Source of the DNA: a virus
Lineage: Duplodnaviria; Caudoviricetes
Virus record (IMG/VR): IMGVR_UViG_3300019124_000001
Span: 99,788-163,787 of that record
Length of the DNA stretch: 64,000 nucleotides
Strand: one strand, 5' to 3'
Below are positions 9,241 to 18,297 of the stretch, in pieces. Within the stretch, counting starts at the first letter, position 1. The number at the start of each line of letters is the position of its first letter. A program made the position numbers and the translations under genes. Below the pieces are notes generated by a model. The model had not been told where the DNA came from. It worked only from the letters and a program-made list of their open reading frames with translations, and ran no database searches.

Positions 9241-9413
9241 TTTGGGTTTTATATCGAAACGGCGAACTGTTCGGAAATGGCTCAAACATTCGTGCCTATG
9301 CTTCCGAAAAGAGGGCAATGGCAAACGCATTGGCTATTGTTCGTAATGGAATTGGGACATATAAGATTGAAGAATTTAAGGCTGTACCCTATATGCCTAA
9401 AGAGGTGAAATAG
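9228..9413 (+). CDS. Hypothetical protein
   Basis: Short ORF with AGGAG RBS. Confidence 0.5.
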   Translation: MFIMIWVLYRNGELFGNGSNIRAYASEKRAMANALAIVRNGIGTYKIEEFKAVPYMPKEVK

Positions 9414-9416
9414 CAT

Positions 9417-9626
9417 ATGCCGCTAATCCTGCTGATTGTTTCAATTGGTTTGGCATTTGTGCCAATGTGGTTCTTTATTTTGGTTGCGTGTATAGCAACA
9501 GTCTACGTTGTTATTATTGCATCTCAACTGAACTGCATATTGGAAGCATTCATTGCAATGGTGTTCGTATGGATTATCCTTTATGGATTAAGATACCTAA
9601 TTCATCACTTGCAATGGGTGAACTAG
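9417..9626 (+). CDS. Small membrane protein
   Basis: Very hydrophobic 69 aa, GAGGTG RBS. Confidence 0.6.
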   Translation: MPLILLIVSIGLAFVPMWFFILVACIATVYVVIIASQLNCILEAFIAMVFVWIILYGLRYLIHHLQWVN

Positions 9627-9644
9627 AAGGAGCGAAAAACAAAC

Positions 9645-10388
9645 ATGGAACGAAAACCTGTAGCAAAAATGCTTGTTGGTTCACACAACTACAACTTGCA
9701 TAATGAGAATTCTGACCGTGATTATAAGCTATTCGTCCTACCAACGTATGACGACTTATATCATGGAACTACCGATCACTTTAAAACCAAGTCTTCGATT
9801 ACGAATACAGAGGATGTAGAAGTCCACGATGTTCGCAGATTGCCGCATTTGCTGGACAAGGCAAATGTGAACTTCATCGAAACTCTTTTCTCTGTATCTC
9901 GTACAACGTGGGACGAAACCACCTACTACACCGATCAATTGTTCGCAATGCGCGAAGAACTTGCGCGTATGAATCTGCCGTATTTGTACAATGCTTCTTT
10001 CGGCATGTTTATCGAACAGAAGAAAAAGTGGGAGAAAGGCGACTACACCGACCATAAGAAAGCGTATCAAGCCCTTCGAATTCTTGATTTTCTTGTTCGA
10101 TACGAGCGCAACAAGTTTGAATCTTTTGGTCAGGCCATCTATTACGAAGCAAGCGACCCAATGCGTAGCTATCTCTTGAAAGCAAAAGCAGGGGAAGTTT
10201 CAATGGGCGATATGAACGTATCTTTGGCTAATTACGAGAACCACGTCAAACTAATTCGTACATCCTACATGTCTCACGAGCGGAATGAAGAAACAAAAAA
10301 GCGTCTTGATAAACTTGTCTACGAAATGGTTGCAATCGAGATCGAGAACGAGTTTATGCGAAAAAAAGACGAAAGCATTTTGTTCTAA
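9645..10388 (+). CDS. Pol-beta superfamily nucleotidyltransferase (RlaP/PF10127-like)
   Basis: VGSHNYNL...SDRD (GS...DxD) motif, KAN.NF.E.L, KK.Y.ALR. Confidence 0.75.
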   Translation: MERKPVAKMLVGSHNYNLHNENSDRDYKLFVLPTYDDLYHGTTDHFKTKSSITNTEDVEVHDVRRLPHLLDKANVNFIETLFSVSRTTWDETTYYTDQLFAMREELARMNLPYLYNASFGMFIEQKKKWEKGDYTDHKKAYQALRILDFLVRYERNKFESFGQAIYYEASDPMRSYLLKAKAGEVSMGDMNVSLANYENHVKLIRTSYMSHERNEETKKRLDKLVYEMVAIEIENEFMRKKDESILF

Positions 10389-10471
10389 TACCACGCGTAA
10401 GACCTCTGTTTGGATGACATACATTTTGAAATAACTCTGTAAATTGTTGTAGCTCTCGTCAAAGATCGTTG

Positions 10472-10501
10472 TTGCGCAAGGTTGCCGCCAGATGGTATCA
10501 T
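10472..10501 (+). promoter_or_regulatory. Candidate SigA promoter of nrd operon
   Basis: TTGCGC-18-TATCAT with extended -10 TG. Confidence 0.5.
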
Positions 10502-10573
10502 AGTAGAGTATCAATTGTACAGAAGGTCTTCGTGTCTCTTTACAAACAACAACTATGTATGGTGGTGGACATC

Positions 10574-10948
10574 TTGATAGTGGCATATGATTCGAGGACG
10601 GGCAACGTAAAGAGGTTCGTTTCTAAGCTCGATATGGATTCTATTCAAATAACAGAAGATTCTGTCATTAATGAGCCGTTTGTGTTGATCACGTTTACAA
10701 CAGGCTTCGGTCAAGTCCCACCTAAAACTGCCAAGTTTTTAGAAAGAAACCATCGTAACCTTATTGCTGTTTCTGCGAGTGGGAACAAAAACTGGGGAGA
10801 CTCTTTCGCAAAGAGTGCAGATATTATTTCAGAATCGTTTGGCGTTCCAGTTATCCTGAAGTTTGAATTGTCTGGAACGCCAAACGATGTAGTTTTCTTC
10901 AAAGAGAGGGTGCAAGAAATTGGCAAGCAGACACATCGAACTAAATAA
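10574..10948 (+). CDS. nrdI: Class Ib RNR flavodoxin NrdI
   Basis: YDSRTGNVKRF, TTGFGQVP, SGNKNWG; TTG start after GGTGG RBS. Confidence 0.95.
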   Translation: MIVAYDSRTGNVKRFVSKLDMDSIQITEDSVINEPFVLITFTTGFGQVPPKTAKFLERNHRNLIAVSASGNKNWGDSFAKSADIISESFGVPVILKFELSGTPNDVVFFKERVQEIGKQTHRTK

Positions 10949-13004
10949 TGAAATCATGGTGAAGCTAAATGGCTTCTATCAAATCGAGAAAGACAAAGAA
11001 GCTGTAAGAGAATTCGAAAAAGAAGTTAAAGAAAAGATGGTTACGTTTAAGTCATTGCATGACAAACTTCGCTATCTAATTGAAAACGACTTCTATTATG
11101 ATGTCCTAGCTGACTACAGCATAAAAGACATTCAGGAAGTATGGGCGATTCCTTACTCTTACAATTTCAAGTTTCAATCTTATATGGCGATTTCAAAATT
11201 CTATAAAGATTACGCCATGAAGACGAATGACAAACAGAAATATCTTGAAACTTACGAAGACCGAATTGCAATAGTTGCTCTTTACTTGGCTCGTGGCGAA
11301 GTATGGAGGGCGAAATTCTATGCGACACAAATGATCAAACAGAATTATCAGCCAGCAACACCAACGTTTCTAAACGCAGGAAAAGCAAGACGGGGAGAGA
11401 TGGTTTCGTGTTTCTTGTTGGAAGTTGACGATTCATTGAACGCGATTACGTTCCATGAAGGAGTTGCACAGCAACTTTCAAAAATTGGCGGCGGTGTGGC
11501 GATCAATTTGTCTCTACTACGAGGAGAACGCGACCCAATCAAAGGAATCAAAAACGTTGCAAAAGGTGTCTTGCCGATTGCGAAGAAGCTCGAAATGGCA
11601 TTCGCATACGCTGATCAAATGGGACAGCGCAAAGGTTCTGGTGCGGCTTATCTAAATATCTTCCACATCGACTCTCCTGCATTCTTGGATACAAAGAAAA
11701 TCAATGCAGATGAGCGTATTCGCCTAAAAACTCTATCAATCGGTCTTATTATTCCGTCGAAGTTCATGGAGCTTGCAGAGCGTGGAGAAGATTTCTATAC
11801 GTTCTCGCCGTATGATGTTTTCAAAAAATACGGCATCCATTTGGATAATATGGACATGGACATTTGGTATGATCGTCTAGTAGAAGACGAAGATATTCGC
11901 AAGGAACAACTGAGTGCTCGTGACTTCATGACAAAAATTGCTCAAACGCAAATGGAATCTGGATATCCGTATATTATGTTCAAAGATAATGCAAACAAGT
12001 GGCATTCTTTGAAAGATATTGGCATGGTCAAAATGTCCAATTTGTGTACTGAAATCTTCCAATTGCAGGAGACTTCCATTATCAATGATTACGGAATTCC
12101 CGATGAAATCAAGCGCGATATCAATTGCAACCTTGGCTCCTTGAACATCGTTAACATAATGGAGAATAAAGAGATCAAGGAAGCAGTATTTGCTGGCATG
12201 GATATGTTAACGGCTGTGTCCGACATGACAAGCATTGCGAACGCTCCTTCTGTCAAGAAAGCCAATGATGAGCTACACTCCGTTGGACTTGGTTTGATGA
12301 ATTTACATGGTTTCTTTGCTAAAAATCGCATTTACTACGAGAGCAAAGAGGCAATCGACTTTGTTCGTGCGTTAGGTATGACCGTAAACTATTATTCAAT
12401 TTTACGTTCTATGACAATAGCTAAGGAACGTAAACAGAAATTTAAAGATTTTGAAAAATCTGCATATGCAGATGGGCGATACTTCAGGATGTATTTTGTC
12501 GAAGACTTCTCTCCAAAGACAGACAAGATCAAAAAGTTGTTCGAAGGCATTTATATTCCAACTATCGAAGATTGGAAACGACTTGCCAATGAAGTAGCAG
12601 TACATGGATTGTATCATGCCTATCGACTTGCCGTGGCACCTACGCAGTCGATTTCGTATATTCAGAATGCGACTTCCTCTGTTATGCCAGTAGTTGAAAT
12701 CATTGAAGAACGCAAATACGGTAACGCAACTACGTTTTACCCGATGCCGTTCCTGTCTCCTGAAACTGTATTCTTCTACAAATCAGCATACGATGTCAAC
12801 ATGTTCAAGCTGATTGATCTGATTGCTGAACTACAGCGCCACATCGACCAAGGAATCTCGACGATCTTGTACGTGAATAGCAACACCAGCACGTATGACT
12901 TGGCTCGTTACTACATCTATGCACATAAGCGCGGATTAAAGTCGCTATACTATACGCGTACACGCAATTTATCAGTAGAAGAATGTACATCTTGTGCGGT
13001 TTAA
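10920..13004 (+). CDS. nrdE: Class Ib ribonucleotide reductase alpha subunit
   Basis: QPATPTFLNAG, VSCFLL, SNLCTEI, KSLYY, C-terminal CTSC; no intein or intron seen. Confidence 0.97.
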   Translation: MASRHIELNNEIMVKLNGFYQIEKDKEAVREFEKEVKEKMVTFKSLHDKLRYLIENDFYYDVLADYSIKDIQEVWAIPYSYNFKFQSYMAISKFYKDYAMKTNDKQKYLETYEDRIAIVALYLARGEVWRAKFYATQMIKQNYQPATPTFLNAGKARRGEMVSCFLLEVDDSLNAITFHEGVAQQLSKIGGGVAINLSLLRGERDPIKGIKNVAKGVLPIAKKLEMAFAYADQMGQRKGSGAAYLNIFHIDSPAFLDTKKINADERIRLKTLSIGLIIPSKFMELAERGEDFYTFSPYDVFKKYGIHLDNMDMDIWYDRLVEDEDIRKEQLSARDFMTKIAQTQMESGYPYIMFKDNANKWHSLKDIGMVKMSNLCTEIFQLQETSIINDYGIPDEIKRDINCNLGSLNIVNIMENKEIKEAVFAGMDMLTAVSDMTSIANAPSVKKANDELHSVGLGLMNLHGFFAKNRIYYESKEAIDFVRALGMTVNYYSILRSMTIAKERKQKFKDFEKSAYADGRYFRMYFVEDFSPKTDKIKKLFEGIYIPTIEDWKRLANEVAVHGLYHAYRLAVAPTQSISYIQNATSSVMPVVEIIEERKYGNATTFYPMPFLSPETVFFYKSAYDVNMFKLIDLIAELQRHIDQGISTILYVNSNTSTYDLARYYIYAHKRGLKSLYYTRTRNLSVEECTSCAV

Positions 13005-13013
13005 GGAAGGTGA

Positions 13014-14021
13014 ATGAATATGGGAAACGTTAAAGCGGTTAATTGGAATATTCCTGACGATGATTTTACTTTAGATTTCTGGCAAATAAATATTCGCCAA
13101 TTTTGGGTAGACACAGAGATACCGATTTCTGATGATAAGCTATCTTGGAAAAATGATCTAACAGAACTAGAACGCATGACTTATATGCGCATTCTTGGTG
13201 GTCTGACAGGTCTTGATACCGAACAAGGTGGAGTGGGTATGCCTTTAATTGCGCAGTACACACAAGGTCTGCAACGCAAAGCTACTCTGATTTTCCAAGG
13301 AGCAATGGAACAGATTCACGCGAAATCCTATTCGACGATCTTCACGACTCTGGCTACTACAGAAGAGATCAACGAAACGTTCGAGTGGGTTGAGCAGAAC
13401 AAGTATATCCAAAAGAAGATTGAATTGATTTCAGAATACTACAACAATATTCGAAAGCCGCGTGACTATTACATGGCTATGGTTGCTTCAGTCTTCTTGG
13501 AGAGTTTCTTGTTTTATAGTGGATTCTTCTATCCGTTATATCTTGCTGGTCAGGGTAAAATGGTAGCTTCTGGCGAAATCATTAACCTGATTATTCGCGA
13601 CGAGAGCATTCATGGCACATACATTGGCACTCTTGCACAGGAAGAGTTTGCTAAGTTTAGCAAACGAACGCAGGAGAAATTGAAGTCAGAAGTTTACGAA
13701 TTGCTGGAAGAACTGTATGTAAACGAATGTGCGTACACGGATGAATTGTATACTCCGATTGGCTTGCAAGAGGAAGTAAAAAAGTTCATTCGATACAACG
13801 CCAACAAAGCGTTGATGAATCTTGGATACGAACCGTTTTTCCCTGAAGAAGCGGTTAACCAAATCGTTCTTAATGGTTTGCGCACAGAAACAAAAAACCA
13901 CGACTTCTTTTCTACCAAGGGTAACGGATACGTTAAAACTCTTAACGTAATTCCGCTGGACGATGAAGCATTCAAGTTCGAATGGCTTGAAGAACAACAA
14001 GCATTTCCAGTCTATTTCTAA
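13014..14021 (+). CDS. nrdF: Class Ib ribonucleotide reductase beta subunit
   Basis: LTGLDTEQ, EQIHAKSY, LESFLFYSGF, RDESIHG, HDFFS. Confidence 0.97.
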   Translation: MNMGNVKAVNWNIPDDDFTLDFWQINIRQFWVDTEIPISDDKLSWKNDLTELERMTYMRILGGLTGLDTEQGGVGMPLIAQYTQGLQRKATLIFQGAMEQIHAKSYSTIFTTLATTEEINETFEWVEQNKYIQKKIELISEYYNNIRKPRDYYMAMVASVFLESFLFYSGFFYPLYLAGQGKMVASGEIINLIIRDESIHGTYIGTLAQEEFAKFSKRTQEKLKSEVYELLEELYVNECAYTDELYTPIGLQEEVKKFIRYNANKALMNLGYEPFFPEEAVNQIVLNGLRTETKNHDFFSTKGNGYVKTLNVIPLDDEAFKFEWLEEQQAFPVYF

Positions 14022-14035
14022 GGAGGATAACTAAA

Positions 14036-14290
14036 ATGAAAATCGTCAAATTTGAAAAAGACCATTGCCCTTATTGCGTAATGGCAACAAATCACCTGAA
14101 GAATGCTGGCGTAGAAGCTGTTTCGAAACGTCCCTACGACAACGAAGATGACCTTAATGAATTTATCCCCTATGGCGTGATGGCGTTTCCTTTGATCGTT
14201 TTGCTTGATGACAACGGTCAGGCTATAAAACAGTCCGTTGGATACAACGTAAAAGAACTTGACGAAATGATCGACGCTGTGAAGTCCTAA
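14036..14290 (+). CDS. nrdH: NrdH/glutaredoxin-like redoxin
   Basis: CPYC active site; follows nrdF. Confidence 0.8.
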   Translation: MKIVKFEKDHCPYCVMATNHLKNAGVEAVSKRPYDNEDDLNEFIPYGVMAFPLIVLLDDNGQAIKQSVGYNVKELDEMIDAVKS

Positions 14291-14339
14291 TGGACTTCCA
14301 GCGTTATTAAAATTACCGAATAAACGGAGGATAAACAAA

Positions 14340-15071
14340 ATGGCAAAGCGTTACTATAAAGTTGGAGAGCGAGTTTGGCTTAAAGGTTTGAATGTAGAAG
14401 GAGTTATTAAAGGGTTGGACATTCCTAGCCTGACTGCCTTCGTTGATTTTGTATCTAAGACCACTGGTAAAACAAATCAGAATGTTCCGTTTAAATTTAT
14501 GGACATCGACAAACTTCGCAAGAAGAAACCAGCATCTAAAAAATCATCTTTTACTGTTGATTCTATTGGTAACACCATTACCAGTGGCACAATGAAAGCG
14601 AATAAACAGGCTCATGGTCTTGACTATGCTTTCGAACAAGTGAAGCAGTTCCATTCGACCTTCGGACATCCAGTAGCGACAGTTCCAACTTCCATGTCTT
14701 TTGCAGAAGCAATGAACCGCTACAAATTTATGAAGGAAGAAATTGACGAATTCTTGCTTGCATCAGAAGGAAGAGACAAACATGGAAATAAGCTAGATGA
14801 AATCCAGAAGATTGCCGCACAAGCAGATGCAATGATTGACAACATCTATTTTTCGCTTGGAGTTCTCGTCATGATCGGCGTTCTTCCGCAACCTCTAATG
14901 GATATTGTGCAACATGCCAATATGTCTAAATTGTGGGCTGATGGAAAGCCGCATTATGATCCTGTTACCAATAAGATTCTAAAACCTGAAGGTTGGAAAG
15001 ACCCTGCTCCGTTCTTAGAGGCAGAAGTTATGCGCCAGAAAGCGAACGCCGTGTTGTCCAATCGCAAATAG
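14340..15071 (+). CDS. MazG-superfamily dNTP pyrophosphohydrolase with N-terminal SH3-like domain
   Basis: VKQFH..FG, EEIDEF, DAMID, HANMSK, KILKPEGW. Confidence 0.8.
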   Translation: MAKRYYKVGERVWLKGLNVEGVIKGLDIPSLTAFVDFVSKTTGKTNQNVPFKFMDIDKLRKKKPASKKSSFTVDSIGNTITSGTMKANKQAHGLDYAFEQVKQFHSTFGHPVATVPTSMSFAEAMNRYKFMKEEIDEFLLASEGRDKHGNKLDEIQKIAAQADAMIDNIYFSLGVLVMIGVLPQPLMDIVQHANMSKLWADGKPHYDPVTNKILKPEGWKDPAPFLEAEVMRQKANAVLSNRK

Positions 15072-15123
15072 TAAAAACGGGTGGGTTTCGGCTCACCCAA
15101 AACTTCCAAAAGGAGCAACTAGT

Positions 15124-15357
15124 GTGAATATTGGACTAGCAAATTCAATCATTGTGGATATGCATGAGAGAACACGTGAAAGTAAAGACACAATTGTCTC
15201 ATCATTAGCGGCAATATCAATAAATTGGGAAAAACTTTCAAATCAAGAAAAATACTATATTTCGAAAAAGCTAGGTGGTCACTGCCACCAAGCAAGATTA
15301 TTGGTTTTGTTCGAAGCGATTTTTAATAATTTAAATTGGGAAAAAGGAGACAATTAA
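15124..15357 (+). CDS. Hypothetical protein
   Basis: 77-aa ORF, AAGGAG RBS. Confidence 0.55.
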   Translation: MNIGLANSIIVDMHERTRESKDTIVSSLAAISINWEKLSNQEKYYISKKLGGHCHQARLLVLFEAIFNNLNWEKGDN

Positions 15358-15360
15358 ACG

Positions 15361-15855
15361 ATGGCAACTTTGTACGAAATCACTGGCACTATGGCAGACC
15401 TGCAAGCCTTACTAGAAGATGAAACCGTAGATAACGAAATGATTCTTGATACCTTGGAATCAATGGAAGTTCTTCTGGAAGAAAAAATGGAGGGTATCGC
15501 AAAATATTTAAAAAACCTTACTGCCGAAGCTGAGATGTTTAAAGCAGAAGCGGATCGACTAGCTCAACGTTCTAAGGCTATCCAAAATCGTGTTGAAAGT
15601 TTGAAGACATACGCTCAAAATTGCTTGGAATCTGCTGGCATTGATAAAGTGAAAGCTGGCATGTTCACTGTACGCCTACAAAAGAATCCTCCGTCTATTA
15701 GAAAGACAGATGAACTCGCTGTTGTTCCTGCAAAATATCTTATTCCACAAGAACCGAAAGTAGATAACAAGCAAATGCTTGCAGACCTTAAAGCTGGCGT
15801 TGAAATCGAAGGTTTTGCACTCGAAACTGATAAGAAACACTTGCGCCTTGCGTAA
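15361..15855 (+). CDS. Siphovirus Gp157 family protein
   Basis: MATLYEI, coiled coil, QKNPPS, LKAGVEIEG pattern. Confidence 0.85.
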   Translation: MATLYEITGTMADLQALLEDETVDNEMILDTLESMEVLLEEKMEGIAKYLKNLTAEAEMFKAEADRLAQRSKAIQNRVESLKTYAQNCLESAGIDKVKAGMFTVRLQKNPPSIRKTDELAVVPAKYLIPQEPKVDNKQMLADLKAGVEIEGFALETDKKHLRLA

Positions 15856-15883
15856 GTGTTTCAATTTTTGGAGGTAAACTAAT

Positions 15884-16897
15884 ATGCAAGTAAAAATGAT
15901 CTATCATACACCTAACTACCACAAGCTCGTAGAGGCTCTTGCAAGAAACTGCTACCAATCTTACGAACGTTGCACTGAAACATCTCATAATATGCTTAAA
16001 GGAATTATGGCGAAAGGACATTTGAGTGTTGCTAGCGTAGGGAATATTGTTTTTAAGTTGCAAGCTGACAACTATGCTGAACTTGTAAGTTTGTATGGCG
16101 ACCTTATTGCATTTAAAGAGATTACACCTTTTATTCGTTGGACATTTCCAAACAAACAGAACCAAGTAGATCGCATTGTGGTATCTATGAACGTATTGAC
16201 GTTAATGGACATAAATAACAATTATGTTTCGTTTCATGACGACAACGATCATCCATCTGCCTTGTTGCCACAAATAATCGAACAGATTAAGGCTGTCCCG
16301 TATCTCCATTGGTTCCTAGATCATACAGTTGATGTGCCGTCAGCGCCAAATGAGTATCTTGTCACACCTGATTGGTCGAATCCAATCGTTTTGACTCAGG
16401 ATTATACGGCACTTAAAGAGCTTGGATTTACGGACTATGAACTTGACACACATGCTACTGTTACCGTAGACCTTGTTACAGATCGTGCGACAGGCTTACA
16501 AATGTGGAGACATGTAGCGTATCAAGGTGGAACGGAGCTATCGCAAAGATATGTTGACCGTTCAAATGCATCTTTCCGTGTACCTGTGGGTTTGGAACAA
16601 TTGAATACGGAAACCGAAGATTGGGTAGAATGGTTTAAAGACCTTATGAATTCACATTTGTCTAATTATAATATAGTCAAAGAGGAATTGGAAAATGCTG
16701 GAATTGGCAAAATGAGAGCTAAAGAAATGGCTCGAAACCTGCTCCCGAATATCCAGACCCGAATCATTCAATGTCGCCCATTAAAATATTGGAAACATTA
16801 TATCAATCTGCGGAATACTCCACACGCACAAGCAGAGATTCGGGAGGATACAAAAGCTCTTATCTCATCTTTCCAAAATGCAGGTATTGAAATTTAA
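15884..16897 (+). CDS. thyX: FAD-dependent thymidylate synthase
   Basis: RH...SQRY motif, EMAR.LLP, LR...HAQAEIR. Confidence 0.85.
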   Translation: MQVKMIYHTPNYHKLVEALARNCYQSYERCTETSHNMLKGIMAKGHLSVASVGNIVFKLQADNYAELVSLYGDLIAFKEITPFIRWTFPNKQNQVDRIVVSMNVLTLMDINNNYVSFHDDNDHPSALLPQIIEQIKAVPYLHWFLDHTVDVPSAPNEYLVTPDWSNPIVLTQDYTALKELGFTDYELDTHATVTVDLVTDRATGLQMWRHVAYQGGTELSQRYVDRSNASFRVPVGLEQLNTETEDWVEWFKDLMNSHLSNYNIVKEELENAGIGKMRAKEMARNLLPNIQTRIIQCRPLKYWKHYINLRNTPHAQAEIREDTKALISSFQNAGIEI

Positions 16898-16898
16898 A

Positions 16899-16940
16899 AT
16901 ACAAAAAGCGGCTATCAAAAATGATAGCCGCTTTTTGTAT
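16899..16940. terminator. Bidirectional intrinsic terminator between thyX and the tRNA-like RNA
   Basis: ATACAAAAAGCGGCTATCA-AAAA-TGATAGCCGCTTTTTGTAT perfect inverted repeat. Confidence 0.9.
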
Positions 16941-16943
16941 AAT

Positions 16944-17216
16944 TGGTGTGGGTGAGGGGATTCGAACCCCCAAGGATGTTTTTGCTGATCCGCAAATAGG
17001 GGCATAACCTCTTCGAAGCAACGAAACCTGATAATTCTCTGCATGGAGAGCGTATCGTGCACTCAATAGCATCGTGCCCGTTGGTACGATGCTTACCATC
17101 GGAGAATAAAAATCAAAGAAGTTATGTACTTTTACCGCAATTGCAGAATCGCTAGTCACAGAGCCTACGAATCGCACCCCTGCGTTTCGCCGTATGCCGT
17201 TTTCTGGTACACCCAC
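16944..17216 (-). ncRNA. 273-nt tRNA-like/tmRNA-like RNA with tRNA-Leu-type shell
   Basis: Acceptor stem GUGGGUG/CACCCAC, A73, encoded CCA, T-arm GGGG-UUCGAAU-CCCC, GG-containing D-loop, variable-arm hairpin GGAU/AUCC, about 190 extra nt where the anticodon arm should be; own promoter and terminator. Confidence 0.8.
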
Positions 17217-17228
17217 ATTGTCTTGTAT

Positions 17229-17278
17229 ATTATAGCTTATTCGATTATGATACTAATATTCTTAATATTATTCGACAA
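17229..17278 (-). promoter_or_regulatory. Promoter(s) for the tRNA-like RNA
   Basis: TTGTCG(17278-17273)-17-TAGTAT(17255-17250); also TATAAT at 17234-17229. Confidence 0.6.
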
Positions 17279-17320
17279 TAAACGACAATCATAATTCCTC
17301 GGTCATAATCTAGGAACTTG

Positions 17321-17350
17321 TTGACAAACAACAACTATGTATGATAGACT
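17321..17350 (+). promoter_or_regulatory. SigA-type promoter containing the repeat box
   Basis: TTGACA-AACAACAACTATGTATGA-TAGACT. Confidence 0.75.
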
Positions 17351-17407
17351 AACGGTAACAGGATAAATCCTGCAATTGATTTTGGTGTATAGGGAGAGTG
17401 CTAATCT

Positions 17408-18145
17408 ATGAAACTCGGCTTGGGGCTGGCAAGACTTCTAAAACCTAATCCGATTGAAGAATTGATCAAAAAGGTCAATCGGGGAGATGTGGTCGTAGAC
17501 GTTAATACTGGAAACCTAGTGGAAACGAAGCATCTAGAGAGCAAAGAGGATGTGGTTGATCCTGTTATTGACAATGAGCTTTCACAATCCACCGAACCTA
17601 ATGAACCCACTGAAATAGAACAAAATCACGAAACCCTTGGCATTGTTTTGTCGCAAGACGTAGCAATGATGGCTGAAGAATTGAATGCGGACGATGGTGC
17701 TAATCCTTACTCAACCGCACAAATGGATATGTCTGCGTATCGTCCCAATCGTGTTGCAGAACTTGTGCAATCCATCTGCGATACCATGAATGAACTATCT
17801 GTTGTTAAAACCCAAATTAACAAAAAAATGAGCAATGTCGATAAAGAACTGAGTAACATTTATCATAATGCAGAAGTGCATCTTATGACCGATGAACAAG
17901 CTATTTCTGCATGGAGATATTTGCAGGATGTAGTTCGTACTCGCCGCCAAGTGAAGCACGAAAATGAGCTAATTAGTCATCTAGAAAGCAAATTTAAGTT
18001 CGAAACGTTTCTTCCACAACTTACTAATGCTAATAGCGGCGTTCAGAAGCGATACCGAGATCAGCAGAATTTTTGGGATAAAATAGAAGATGAAACTCCT
18101 ACTATCAATGGTACCAAAAAATCGTGGAAGAAGATGTACAAATAG
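17408..18145 (+). CDS. Hypothetical coiled-coil phage protein
   Basis: 245 aa; VDKELSNIYH...RR.VK.E helical motif. Confidence 0.75.
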   Translation: MKLGLGLARLLKPNPIEELIKKVNRGDVVVDVNTGNLVETKHLESKEDVVDPVIDNELSQSTEPNEPTEIEQNHETLGIVLSQDVAMMAEELNADDGANPYSTAQMDMSAYRPNRVAELVQSICDTMNELSVVKTQINKKMSNVDKELSNIYHNAEVHLMTDEQAISAWRYLQDVVRTRRQVKHENELISHLESKFKFETFLPQLTNANSGVQKRYRDQQNFWDKIEDETPTINGTKKSWKKMYK

Positions 18146-18175
18146 TTGACAAACAACAACTATGTATGGTAAACT
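18146..18175 (+). promoter_or_regulatory. SigA-type promoter containing the repeat box
   Basis: TTGACA-AACAACAACTATGTATGG-TAAACT. Confidence 0.8.
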
Positions 18176-18195
18176 GAATTTACAGAGGTGGAGTT

Positions 18196-18297
18196 GTGAT
18201 CAAGTACGAAATTATCGAACGACTGCCTAATGATGAAATTCGAGTTAGAGCTACGGAAGGTTTGACAACGTGGATTTTTAAGAGGCTGGTGAAATAA
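18196..18297 (+). CDS. 33-aa hypothetical protein
   Basis: GAGGTGG RBS, GTG start; MIKYEIIERLPNDEIRVRATEGLTTWIFKRLVK. Confidence 0.55.
   Translation: MIKYEIIERLPNDEIRVRATEGLTTWIFKRLVK

Noticed and set aside
10542-10565. Repeat box as an NrdR box (CAACTATGTATGGTGG resembles acaCwAtATaTwGtg and one copy precedes nrdI)
   Set aside because: The central AT is broken, the conserved part is the upstream ACAAACAAC, and copies are single rather than tandem; not fully excluded
16944-17216. tRNA-Leu with a group I intron (UGCAGAGA resembles the R element)
   Set aside because: No matching S element/P7 pairing found and no clean anticodon loop can be rebuilt; kept only as a testable alternative
16860-17216. 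118-aa minus-strand ORF in the track
   Set aside because: Starts at the first base of the RNA with no RBS and runs through the terminator; better explained by the structured RNA
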